64,000 bases of DNA. Origin: Polyangiaceae bacterium. Its GTDB lineage: Bacteria; Myxococcota_A; Polyangia; Polyangiales; Polyangiaceae. This document shows positions 1 through 9,200 of the stretch, in pieces. Under the pieces are notes generated by a model. It had not been told where the DNA came from. It did not search any database and saw only the letters and a program-made list of their open reading frames with translations. Within the stretch, counting starts at the first letter, position 1, and each line of letters starts with the position of its first letter. A program made the position numbers and the translations under genes. The stretch lies in contig JBILLK010000015.1 in assembly GCA_044376115.1 (NCBI GenBank), positions 128,001-192,000 on the forward strand, read 5' to 3'.

Positions 1-701
1 CTAATGCGAATACCACTGGCTACAAGCGCCAGGACGCAGAGTTTGAGGACTTGCTCTACCAAACGCAGCGTGGAGCGTCGGCGGCAGGCGGTGCTGGTGG
101 GCCCACCTCGGTCCAGCTCGGCTCGGGTTCACGCGTAGTCGCAACTCCGCGGTCCTTCAGCCAGGGCACCATCCAACAGACGGGCAACCCGCTCGACCTC
201 GCTATCGAGGGCAATGGCTTTCTAACCGTCACACGGGAGGACGGCACACAGGCCTTTACCCGCGCTGGAGCTCTCAAGGTTGGGTCGGACGGTCGAATCG
301 TGACCAGTGATGGCTTGGCGATTGAACCGTCGATCTCAGTACCGCCGGAGGCCGTCAATATCGTCGTCGGTAGCGACGGCAGGGTGCAAGCCGAGATTCC
401 CGGCCAGGCGGCGCCGGTCGACTTGGGGCGACTCGAACTTACCAACTTCGCGAACCCGGCCGGCCTCAATGCGATTGGCCACAACCTCTACGTCCAAAGC
501 GGCTCGAGTGGAGACCCTTCTACTGGCGAGCCCGGAACCGAGGGCCGTGGGCGCTTCATGCAGGGCGCATTGGAAGGCTCCAACGTCGAGGTCGTAGGCG
601 AGATGATCGGTCTGATTCGTACGCAGCGCGCCTACGAGATCAACTCGAAGGTCATCGCAGCAGCAGACGAGATGCTGCGCTCCGCAACTCAATTGAGGTA
701 G
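1..701 (+). CDS. flgG: Flagellar basal-body distal rod protein FlgG (5' end outside window)
   Basis: Frame is open from nt 3 (NANTTGYKRQDAEFEDLLYQ); contains QTGNPLDLAIEGNGF, FTRAG and C-terminal QGALEGSNVEVVGEMIGLIRTQRAYEINSKVI rod/hook motifs. Confidence 0.95.
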   Translation, partial: NANTTGYKRQDAEFEDLLYQTQRGASAAGGAGGPTSVQLGSGSRVVATPRSFSQGTIQQTGNPLDLAIEGNGFLTVTREDGTQAFTRAGALKVGSDGRIVTSDGLAIEPSISVPPEAVNIVVGSDGRVQAEIPGQAAPVDLGRLELTNFANPAGLNAIGHNLYVQSGSSGDPSTGEPGTEGRGRFMQGALEGSNVEVVGEMIGLIRTQRAYEINSKVIAAADEMLRSATQLR

Positions 702-704
702 TCC

Positions 705-1445
705 ATGAAGAAGCTAGCCTTCGCTATCGTTCTATCGCTCTTCGCAGTACCGTCGGTGGGCGAGTCCGCAGAGGCAAAAGCCAAGGAGCGTGCTCTGGCT
801 TCGCCGCGCATTACGCTGGGGGACATCGCCGATGTGCCCGAGGCGCTACGAGCCGTCGATCTGGGGCCAGCCCCAATGCCGGGCTCTTCGCGCTTGTTGA
901 AGCGCGAAGAGCTGGAGGGCGCAATTCCGGAGGCCGATCGCAAAGGCTTGAGCCTGCCGGCCTTGGTCCGCGTGGTTCGCAAAAGCCGGACGCTGAGCGT
1001 CACCGACATCGAGTCGATTGTGGGGGAGGCGCTCCAAGCTCGCGGGCTACCGAAGGGAGCTACGCTAACCCGCATTCGTCCACGTGCCGCGACTGTGGTT
1101 GCAGACGGGTTCGATTCGGCAGTATTGGAGTTCGCCAAGCCCCCGCGCCGCGAGGGAAAGCACCTCACAGCCGCGACGGTTCACCTGATGCAAGGCGGTG
1201 AGGAGATTGGCAAGTTGGTCGTCAATATCGAATTCGCCCTCAGCAAGGAAGCAGCGATCGCTGATGTCCCCAAGGGCTCCAAGGTGCAATTCACCATTCA
1301 GCGTGGAGCCGTGATGGTGAGCGCCCTCGCGACCACCGCCGCGGACGCCGACGTGGGTGATTCGGTGCTTGTTACGGTCGCCGACTCCGGGAAGGTCCTG
1401 CGAGGCCGGGTGCAGAGTTCCAACGTTGTTACGGAGGCGAAGTAA
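705..1445 (+). CDS. flgA: Flagellar P-ring formation chaperone FlgA
   Basis: Signal peptide, ITLGDIA N-terminal motif, C-terminal SAF-like region (VPKGSKV...ADVGDSVLV...SGKVLRGRV); canonical position between flgG and flgH. Confidence 0.8.
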   Translation: MKKLAFAIVLSLFAVPSVGESAEAKAKERALASPRITLGDIADVPEALRAVDLGPAPMPGSSRLLKREELEGAIPEADRKGLSLPALVRVVRKSRTLSVTDIESIVGEALQARGLPKGATLTRIRPRAATVVADGFDSAVLEFAKPPRREGKHLTAATVHLMQGGEEIGKLVVNIEFALSKEAAIADVPKGSKVQFTIQRGAVMVSALATTAADADVGDSVLVTVADSGKVLRGRVQSSNVVTEAK

Positions 1446-1449
1446 TCGC

Positions 1450-2175
1450 ATGAGTTCAGAAGTATCCTCGATTGCACGTAACACGGAGACGCTGCTGATC
1501 TCCGGCATGGTGGTGCTCACGCTCGGCTGCGAGCCACCGCACATCGGTGACTACGCGCCGAAGCAACGCGACTACGAACCGGCCAAATACGCCGCCAGCG
1601 ATCCGTCTTATGCGCCCTCACGCGGGTCGCTTTTCAGCGACGCCAATCGCGGCTACTTCGAGGACTCCCGCAGCTCTCGCGTTGGCGATCTCGTGCTTAT
1701 CGAGATTGACGAGCAGGCCGACGCCTCCGGCGACTCGAGCACGGAGCTCGCCAAGGAAGGCTCCTTCGACATGGGCATCACCAATGTATTTGGGTTGCTA
1801 TCCGCTGTTAAGGCGGCGATGCCAGAGCTGGATCCAAGCCACATGCTCTCGTTCTTCAGCGAGTCTGACTTCGCTGGGCGAGGCAACACCAGCCGCAAGG
1901 GAACCTTGAGAGGTCGCATCGCGGTGCGCATAGCGCGGCAGATGCCGAACGGAGATCTGTTTCTCGAGGGCACCAAGGTGATCATGATCAACAACGAAGA
2001 GTATCACCTGTACGTGTCAGGGCTGATTCGCTCAGTCGACATCAGCAGCGACAACTCGGTGCCTTCGTCACGAATTGCGGACGCCGAGGTGGAGTTCACC
2101 GGTCGAGGCGACATCGCGGACCAACAGCGCAAGGGCTTGCTTGGACGCGCGCTCGACAAGGTCAACCCGCTATGA
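1450..2175 (+). CDS. flgH: Flagellar L-ring lipoprotein FlgH
   Basis: Lipobox LTLGC; GSLF, RVGDLVLIEIDE, PNGDLFLEGTK, SGLIRSVDI, NSVPSSRIADA motifs; ATG at 1450 is in frame with ORF 1357..2175. Confidence 0.93.
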   Translation: MSSEVSSIARNTETLLISGMVVLTLGCEPPHIGDYAPKQRDYEPAKYAASDPSYAPSRGSLFSDANRGYFEDSRSSRVGDLVLIEIDEQADASGDSSTELAKEGSFDMGITNVFGLLSAVKAAMPELDPSHMLSFFSESDFAGRGNTSRKGTLRGRIAVRIARQMPNGDLFLEGTKVIMINNEEYHLYVSGLIRSVDISSDNSVPSSRIADAEVEFTGRGDIADQQRKGLLGRALDKVNPL

Positions 2176-2206
2176 CCATCTCACAATCGACTCAACCTGG
2201 TGCAAT

Positions 2207-3325
2207 ATGAATACTAAAATCCGTCTCCGTGGAGTCTGCATGTTAGCGCTCACGGCGGGAGCACTAACCCTGGCGCCAGCGAAAACCGCTCGCGCAGACA
2301 AGGTTCGTGATTTGGTCGAGGTCGCTGGCGCACGCGACAACCAGCTGGTTGGGTTCGGCGTCGTCACGGGTCTCGCGGGGACCGGCGACGATGCGACCGC
2401 GCCGATCGCGGCCAAAGCGACGATCGAGATGCTGCGCCGACTGGGCGTGGCCATCGATCCAAAGCAGATTCAGCTGAGGAACGTCGCGGCAGTGGTGGTC
2501 ACAGCGACGCTGCCTCCGTTTGCCAAGCCCGGTACCAAACTCGATATCTCGATCAGCTCGATCGGCAACGCGAAGTCGCTTTCGGGTGGAACCCTCGTTC
2601 AAGCGCTGCTCAAAGGAGCCGACCAAAAGACGTATGCGGCCGCGCAAGGCAGCATCATCGTGGGTGGCTTCTCTGGAAAGGGAGCGAGTGGCAGCTCCGT
2701 GAAGCAAGGCTCGCTCACGGCAGGCCGGATTCCGATGGGCGCGATCGTCGAGCGTGAGGTCGTCTCGTCGATCTTGAACGACAAGGGCGAGCTATCACTT
2801 TCGCTTCGAAGCCCAAGCTTCACCACCGCCTCTCGCTTGGCCGAAGCGATCTCCAAGAGCCTTGGGGAAGGCGTCGCAGAGGCGCTCGATGGTGGTTCGG
2901 TGAGCGTGAAGGTCCCCGAGGAGTTCAAGAAGAACCCGGTTCAGCTGCTTGCGCAGATCGAAGAGCTCGAGGTTATGCCCGTGCGCAAGTCACGAATCGT
3001 GATCAGCGAACGTAACGGAACCATCATCGCGGGTGGCGACGTGCGCCTGGCCCCGATGGCCATCGTCCACGGAAGCTTGACGATCGTCGTCAAAGAAACA
3101 CCGCAGGTCTCTCAGCCGGTGATCGGCCAAGGCACCAAGGTTCAGAGTTCCGAAGTGACCGCCAAAGAGAAGATCCCCACCGTGCAGTTCATGGAGGGCG
3201 CCGGCTCGTTGGCCGATGTCGCTGATGCCTTGGGCGCGCTCGGGCTCTCCGCTCGGGAATTGGCGAGCGTGCTTTCCGCGATGAAAACAGCTGGCGGCCT
3301 CGAGGCCGAGGTGGTGGTCGAATGA
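2207..3325 (+). CDS. flgI: Flagellar P-ring protein FlgI
   Basis: RDNQLVGFGVVTGLAGTGD, NVAAVVVTATLPPF, SIGNAKSLSGGTL, IVISERNGTII motifs; signal peptide. Confidence 0.95.
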   Translation: MNTKIRLRGVCMLALTAGALTLAPAKTARADKVRDLVEVAGARDNQLVGFGVVTGLAGTGDDATAPIAAKATIEMLRRLGVAIDPKQIQLRNVAAVVVTATLPPFAKPGTKLDISISSIGNAKSLSGGTLVQALLKGADQKTYAAAQGSIIVGGFSGKGASGSSVKQGSLTAGRIPMGAIVEREVVSSILNDKGELSLSLRSPSFTTASRLAEAISKSLGEGVAEALDGGSVSVKVPEEFKKNPVQLLAQIEELEVMPVRKSRIVISERNGTIIAGGDVRLAPMAIVHGSLTIVVKETPQVSQPVIGQGTKVQSSEVTAKEKIPTVQFMEGAGSLADVADALGALGLSARELASVLSAMKTAGGLEAEVVVE

Positions 3326-3600
3326 AAATCGGGCCCACCGCAAACCAAGCGCCACAGATATCGGCCAAGGAGGACGCGGAGCTTGCCCGCATCTGTAAGG
3401 AGTTCGAGGGCGTTTTTCTCAGGCAGCTGCTAACCGTCGCCAAAGTTGGGGAACAAGGAGGTCAATCGGGCTACGGGCCAATGATCGTCGACTCGCTTGC
3501 GACTTCGGTCGGAGACGCGGGCGGCCTCGGCTTGGCCGATAAGATCCGTGAGGCGCTCGCTGGGGCTCAAACGGCCAACACGAAAGATTCGTCAAAATGA
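3322..3600 (+). CDS. flgJ: Short FlgJ-like rod-binding protein (no muramidase domain)
   Basis: LARICKEFEGVFLRQLL...GGLGLADKI matches the rod-binding domain pattern; overlaps flgI stop (ATGA). Confidence 0.75.
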   Translation: MKIGPTANQAPQISAKEDAELARICKEFEGVFLRQLLTVAKVGEQGGQSGYGPMIVDSLATSVGDAGGLGLADKIREALAGAQTANTKDSSK

Positions 3601-3670
3601 TGACTCTTTGCGCGCCTGAGCTCTTCACAAACGGGGCCATGGGTCCGTTGTCCTTCCTGTCGGGCCTCGC

Positions 3671-3679
3671 TGTGGATAA
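3671..3679 (-). promoter_or_regulatory. Perfect DnaA box (TTATCCACA on minus strand)
   Basis: TGTGGATAA on the plus strand inside the ~480-bp non-coding gap; single copy, function unproven. Confidence 0.35.
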
Positions 3680-3861
3680 CTGCGTTGGTCTCGCCTTGAG
3701 CTCCGCGGCTGTGGTGAATGCTCACGTGTCTCGTACTGAGAACACGGATGCAGCAGCTCCTTCCCGAGTTGAAACAACCAGCTCGGCAGCCCGATTTGGC
3801 GCTTCCACGAAGCTCGCGCTGGGGCCAACTTTTCAAGCAAGATCAACGAGTACGACATACA

Positions 3862-3886
3862 CCGACATGTTTCTGACGGGTGTCGG
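3862..3886. promoter_or_regulatory. Inverted repeat CCGACA-N13-TGTCGG, candidate activator/repressor site
   Basis: 6-bp dyad directly upstream of the -24 element, with a further CGACAT copy at 3853. Confidence 0.4.
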
Positions 3887-3891
3887 AAACG

Positions 3892-3907
3892 TGGCACGTC
3901 TCTCGCA
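3892..3907 (+). promoter_or_regulatory. Sigma54 (-24/-12) promoter
   Basis: TGGCACG-TCTC-TCGCA; GG and GC exactly 12 nt apart, one mismatch to TGGCACG-N4-TTGCW. Confidence 0.65.
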
Positions 3908-4080
3908 ATGGGTGGATGCAGACGCTGAGCTTCGCATTCATGACCCCCGCACGGCGCGGTCCGGTTCGATGGATTGCAACGGCTTCAGCACCCTAGTCCC
4001 GGATCGCCCCGGGAGATGGAGCTGCTTCCCACAACTCGGTGGGGAAGCTGGCTCGGTCGGCGACATGGAGGTGCCGTGTG

Positions 4081-5106
4081 ATGAACGTGCAACAGGTGGA
4101 CACTACTCGCGTGCGCATGACGTTGAGGCCTACGAGCCGCGGGAAGATTGTCGGCAAGAGCCAGCTCTTGACGGACCTCGTGGAGAACATCGACCGCATT
4201 GCGCGAGCGAACTGCACGGTGCTGGTGACGGGAGAGAGTGGGACGGGCAAAGAGATGCTCGTCGCCGCCATTCACGACGCAAGCGTGCGGGCCAAGGGTC
4301 CGCTCGTCACCTTGAACTGCGGCGCCATTCCGGAGGCTTTGCTCGAAAGCGAGCTCTTCGGCCACGCCAAGGGCGCCTTCACCGGCGCACACGCTACGCG
4401 TCAGGGGCGCGTAGCAGCAGCCGAGGGTGGAACGCTGTTCCTCGACGAAATCGGGGAGATGCCGCTCGCGCTGCAGGTGAAGCTACTGCGCCTCTTGCAA
4501 CAGCGCGAATACTCCCCTGTTGGCGACTCAAAGACCTACCGCTGCGACCTTCGCGTCGTGGCGGCAACCAACCGCGACCTCGAGGCGGAAGTCCGCGCAG
4601 GTCGTTTCCGAGAAGACCTCTACTACAGGCTCAACGTGATCCCGCTACACATTCCCCCGCTGCGAGACCGCAAAGACGACATCAGTGCACTCGTTCTTCA
4701 CTTCTTCGAGCGCATGAAGGAAGACCTAGGCCGCGAGGATCTCGAGGGCTTCTCGCCCGAGGCGCTCGCACTGCTCGAGACCTATGGTTGGCCGGGCAAT
4801 ATCCGCGAACTTCAGAACGTCGTGGAGCGCGCTGTGCTGCTAGCCATTGGTCCTGAAGTGAGCGCGCAAGATCTGCCGATGTCGGTGCGTTCGCGCGACG
4901 TCCGCGGAGCAGCGGGCAGCGGGCTGCCCTCGGAGCTGCCTGCCATGGGGCTCGACCTCAAGGCCGTCGTGGACGAGTACGAAAGCAATCTCATTCGTCA
5001 GGCGCTGGCGCGCACGGGCGGAAACAAGAATCGCGCAGCGCAGCTCTTGGGGCTCAACCGCACGACGCTCGTCGAAATGGTTAAGCGCAAGCGCATCGCG
5101 AGCTGA
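4081..5106 (+). CDS. Sigma54-dependent enhancer-binding protein (FleQ/FlrA-like) lacking an N-terminal sensory domain
   Basis: Walker [15 protein letters not shown] loop, Walker [19 protein letters not shown], Fis HTH ([21 protein letters not shown]); GGAGG RBS upstream of 4078/4081. Confidence 0.9.
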   Translation: MNVQQVDTTRVRMTLRPTSRGKIVGKSQLLTDLVENIDRIARANCTVLVTGESGTGKEMLVAAIHDASVRAKGPLVTLNCGAIPEALLESELFGHAKGAFTGAHATRQGRVAAAEGGTLFLDEIGEMPLALQVKLLRLLQQREYSPVGDSKTYRCDLRVVAATNRDLEAEVRAGRFREDLYYRLNVIPLHIPPLRDRKDDISALVLHFFERMKEDLGREDLEGFSPEALALLETYGWPGNIRELQNVVERAVLLAIGPEVSAQDLPMSVRSRDVRGAAGSGLPSELPAMGLDLKAVVDEYESNLIRQALARTGGNKNRAAQLLGLNRTTLVEMVKRKRIAS

Positions 5107-5135
5107 CTTCTAGCTTCTCTAAGAAAGGAACGACC

Positions 5136-6230
5136 ATGCTTGAACCGCGTTTTTTTCCGCGGGCGGATGTCGATCTGCCCATCATCCTCACGACTGAATC
5201 GACGCGGGCTCACGGTCGGCTCATCAATCTCTCCGAAGGCGGGGTGCTCGTCGTTAGTAGAGCGCCTTTTGAAGCCAACGAGCGACTCACAGCCGTCGTC
5301 GAATTGCCCACACGTTTGGATCCCGCGCTCTGTGAAGGGACGGTCGTTCGCTGCGAACGAGATCCGAAGGGCAACTACCGAGTGGCGATTCGCTGGTCGG
5401 ACCTCAACGAAGGAGATGCAGAACAGATCCGACGTTGGGTCGCCGAACGCTCCGACATCGCTTGGGACGGGCATACGGGTCGCATCCCGCGAGACGTTGC
5501 AGTGCGCTTCATTCCGCTGATCCGGCGGCTTGCCCGCGGCGTCGCACAGCGACTACCGCCGCAGGTATCGACAGACGACTTGGTTGGCGCTGGCTTCGTA
5601 GCCTTGGTCGAGCTTTACGCGAAGAATCCGAGCATGCCCCTCTCGGACCTCGAACGAATCGCCATGCCTCGGCTGCGCTGGGCCATGCTCGATGAGCTAC
5701 GCAACGCCGACCCTCTTTCGCGCAGAATGCGCCAACGAGCGCGGAGGATCGCCAAGGCGAACCGCGATCTCGAGCTGAGCTACGGCCGAAAGCCAACGCA
5801 CGCCGAAGTAGCCAGCCACCTGAAGCTCTCCCAAGAGGCCTACGGTGCAGCGCTGCGATTAGCCCAAAGTGGCGAGACGTCTTCGATCGAGACCTACGAC
5901 GACGTCGACCTTGCCGACAGCACCAGCGTCGGCCCCGAAGAGCGCATGACCCAAGTGGAGGCTCTCGGAAAACTTCGGACGGCGCTTGATGCTCTTCCTC
6001 CGCGGCTCAAACGCGTGCTCGAGCTTTACTACGGTGACGACCTTACGCTGCGCCAGATCGGAAACGTCCTCGGTGTCACCGAAGCACGCATCTCGCAGCT
6101 TCTCTCCGACGCAGTCCGTCGCTTGCGCGTCACCTGTGCCTCATCGCCTCCGCCTTCGAAGCGCCCCGTAAAGTCGAAGGACGCGGGGGGTCGAGAAAAG
6201 TCGATTCCGACGTCTTTGCCTCCGCTCTGA
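5136..6230 (+). CDS. fliA: PilZ domain-FliA/WhiG (sigma28) family sigma factor fusion
   Basis: N-terminal RFFPR (RxxxR) and NLSEGG (D/NxSxxG) PilZ motifs; then RLPPQVSTDDLVGAG, AMLDELRNAD and region 4 LELYYGDDLTLRQIGNVLGVTEARISQL. Confidence 0.85.
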   Translation: MLEPRFFPRADVDLPIILTTESTRAHGRLINLSEGGVLVVSRAPFEANERLTAVVELPTRLDPALCEGTVVRCERDPKGNYRVAIRWSDLNEGDAEQIRRWVAERSDIAWDGHTGRIPRDVAVRFIPLIRRLARGVAQRLPPQVSTDDLVGAGFVALVELYAKNPSMPLSDLERIAMPRLRWAMLDELRNADPLSRRMRQRARRIAKANRDLELSYGRKPTHAEVASHLKLSQEAYGAALRLAQSGETSSIETYDDVDLADSTSVGPEERMTQVEALGKLRTALDALPPRLKRVLELYYGDDLTLRQIGNVLGVTEARISQLLSDAVRRLRVTCASSPPPSKRPVKSKDAGGREKSIPTSLPPL

Positions 6231-6293
6231 CTCGGCCGAACAATCGGCGCCGTCGGGAAACTTCGGGAGGGTGTAGGGTGTCTAGCGCCAACC

Positions 6294-9200
6294 ATGACTC
6301 TGCGCGCCCTTCCCCTTCGACTTGGCCTGTTGACAACGATGCTCGGCGGGGTGGTTGTTCTTCCGCCTTCGGCGAACGCGCAGAAAAGTGCCCCTGCGGC
6401 CAACGAGCCGACGTCGTCCACAGCTCGTGGACTTGACCTGTGGGTGCACGCCGATCGCGAAGCGCCCGGCGGTGAGAACCTTTCGCTGAGCATCGTTGCC
6501 CTGGGTTTCCCGACGGCGACGACAGTCGTCCCGCTTCAGAACGCGCTGGTCGAAGCGACCTGGGATCCTGAATCGCTCTCGTCCAAGGACGACGAACGAC
6601 CCGCGAGCGTACCTGCTCCGGTGCGCGCCAATAGCGCATCCGACGGTGGGGTCACGCTCGTTCTGCCAGTTCCTCCGGGGCCGCCGCGAGAACTCAAGCT
6701 GCTGCTACGCGTTCAGGCCAACGGGCGTGACCGTACGGTCGAGTACTCGATCCAGCGCACCGCACGCAGCGACATCGACTTGTTCGTCTCGGACAGTGCG
6801 GTGGTGCCGGGCAGCGAGGTGATGGCCTGGGCAATCTTCAGCGGCAAAGATGGCAAACGGCCCAACACCGACGTCGAGTTCGTGTTGAGCCAAGGCGAGG
6901 TCGTCCGGGAACGCGTTGAAACCAAAACCGACCTTAGCGGAACAGCCTCGGCCAAGCTCCGAATTCCCCGGGACAGCGGCCCCGCACCGTCCTTCGTGCT
7001 AGAGGCACGCACGCGTGATTCCGCGACTCGCACCGGCAAGTCGACCACGCTGACGACGCGGGAAGAGCTGCCCGGCCAACCTACGTTTCGCGCCACGTTC
7101 GACGAGACATGGGCAGTTGCGGGTGACAAAGCCCGTTACAGAGTGCGCGTGCGTGACGCCACCGGCGAGCCGATCCGTGGACAGTCGGTGCTGATTTGGA
7201 ACGGTCCGAGGGGAACCGAGCCGCCCGTAGCCGATCTCGACTTCGAGAAGGTCGCCGAGAAACAGGTCACCGACGTCAACGGGGAGGTGACCGCTACGGT
7301 CAACACGCCGAGTACGGTGCCACTCCGCGGCTCACAACATCGCCTGGAGGTGCGTACCGAACTCGAGGGTCGCGCCCTCCAAAGCAGCGCCGAGATCGAG
7401 ATCGGACAGCAACGCGGCTTCGTGCGGATGACCCCGGAGAACGATGAGTTGATCCCAGGCTTGCGCCAACGAGTCGTGCTCGAGATGTCGCGCGATGGCG
7501 GAAAACCTATCGTCGGAACCTTCGTCGCCAAAGGGGACAATCTCTCAGCGACCTTCACGACCAACAGCCACGGCGAAGCGGAACTCGAGTGGGATGTTCC
7601 GGTGGGGGCTGGTGCGTTCCGAAAAGTCGGCCCGTGTCCCAATCAGGTAGCCGCACAGCTCACGCTCAAAGCTGTTCAGCCGGAGAGTGGCACGAGTGAA
7701 GCCTTCGGTGGTGCTCTCGTGGGCGCGGACGGGATGAGCCTGTGCATCCCGGTGCAGCGTGAGGCGAAGTTCTTGGTGCGCCCCGCGAAACTCGTGGTCC
7801 AAGCTGGCGAGAGCCTTCCGCTAAGCGTTATCGGTGCGCCCGGCAAATTCGTCAGCGTCTTGTGCGAAAGCATCAACGAGGGCACTTCCACTGCATCGCA
7901 ACTTCGGCTGGACCAAGGCACCCAAGTTGTCACGATTCCTGAGAACGCTCAGGGGCCGATGGACCTGCTCGTGGCTGCACCACAACTCACAGGTTCGACG
8001 TTGACCTCCAGAACGAGGATCCTGGTCCTTCCCAAGCGACTCCCTACGCTGAACGGAACCATCGCGAGCGGTAAAGCTGCCCCTGGCAGCTTCGTAACGA
8101 TCGACGCCGTACTGAAAGACAGCAAAGGGCTCCCACTGGTTGGGACGGTCGCGGCCGTGGTGGTCGATAAACACGGCGGAGCGAACCTCGACCCGCTGCT
8201 CGAACTCGATACCAAGGGCGCGCTTTGTTCGACCTTTGGCGTAGAACCCTCGCGTTGCGACGCGGTTTTGAGTGGGGGCGCAGAGCACGATCCATTGCGC
8301 CGCGCTCGCCTCAGGCCCACCGGGGACGGAACTCCGCTCGCGGACCCCGCTGGGACCGCTGGTCCGAAGTTCGATAGCACCTTCCAACAGGTGGTTAGGT
8401 CGTTGGAGGGAGCCGTATTCGAGTCATCGATGGCGGTGGAAACGTTGCCTGACGTCTATCGCAAAGAGAAGGGTCGCTTCGTCTTCAACCCTGAGCTCAT
8501 GACGCTGGTGACTGACGCGATCGACCAAAAGCCGCTCACGCCTGGGGGAGAAACCGTGACGCTCGCAGACTTGATCGCGAAGGACTCGCAGATCAACTTC
8601 GACAATGTCGCGCGCCGCGTTACCCGGCTCAAGATGTTCAATGTCTTGGATGCGATGCGCAGCGAGCGGACGTTTCTCAATCCAGATGAGCCGATCTTGG
8701 ATGAGCCTAATGCGCTATTACGCAAGATCGTTCGCCGAGGATCTCTATTGGAGGGCAACCTGCTCGATCCGTGGGGAGGGACGCTTACCTTCCACAAGAC
8801 GAATGAGGAGTATGTACCGTTCATTTCCTTCAAGCGCGGCTTCTCCCTCAGTTCGCCGGGCCCAGATGGAAAGCTGGGTACGCCTGACGATGTATCGAGC
8901 CCGTTCGCCCGAGTTCTCAAGTCAGGTACCCCCTACGCACGCGCCAGTCATGAGGATGAACTCGTTGATTCGCGCTTCGACATGCTCGTTGCCGATGAAA
9001 CCGTCAGCAACTGGAAGGACACCCTCAATCGCGCGACCGGCACTGCGTTAGGCGGCGGCTTCGCCGCAGAGCATGGCAGCGGCACCGGAACTGGCAGCGG
9101 CTTCGGCAATGGCAGCGGTCGACTCGCCGGCTCGCACCGCGTGAGGCGCGGCGGTACGTCGGGCATCACCTTCATGTCGGAGCCAGTACAGACCGACGAG

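Noticed and set aside
3597..4856. 419-aa plus-strand ORF overlapping the sigma54 activator
   Set aside because: Arg-rich off-frame shadow of the real gene; its 5' part covers a promoter-bearing gap and shows no receiver-like or other recognisable motifs
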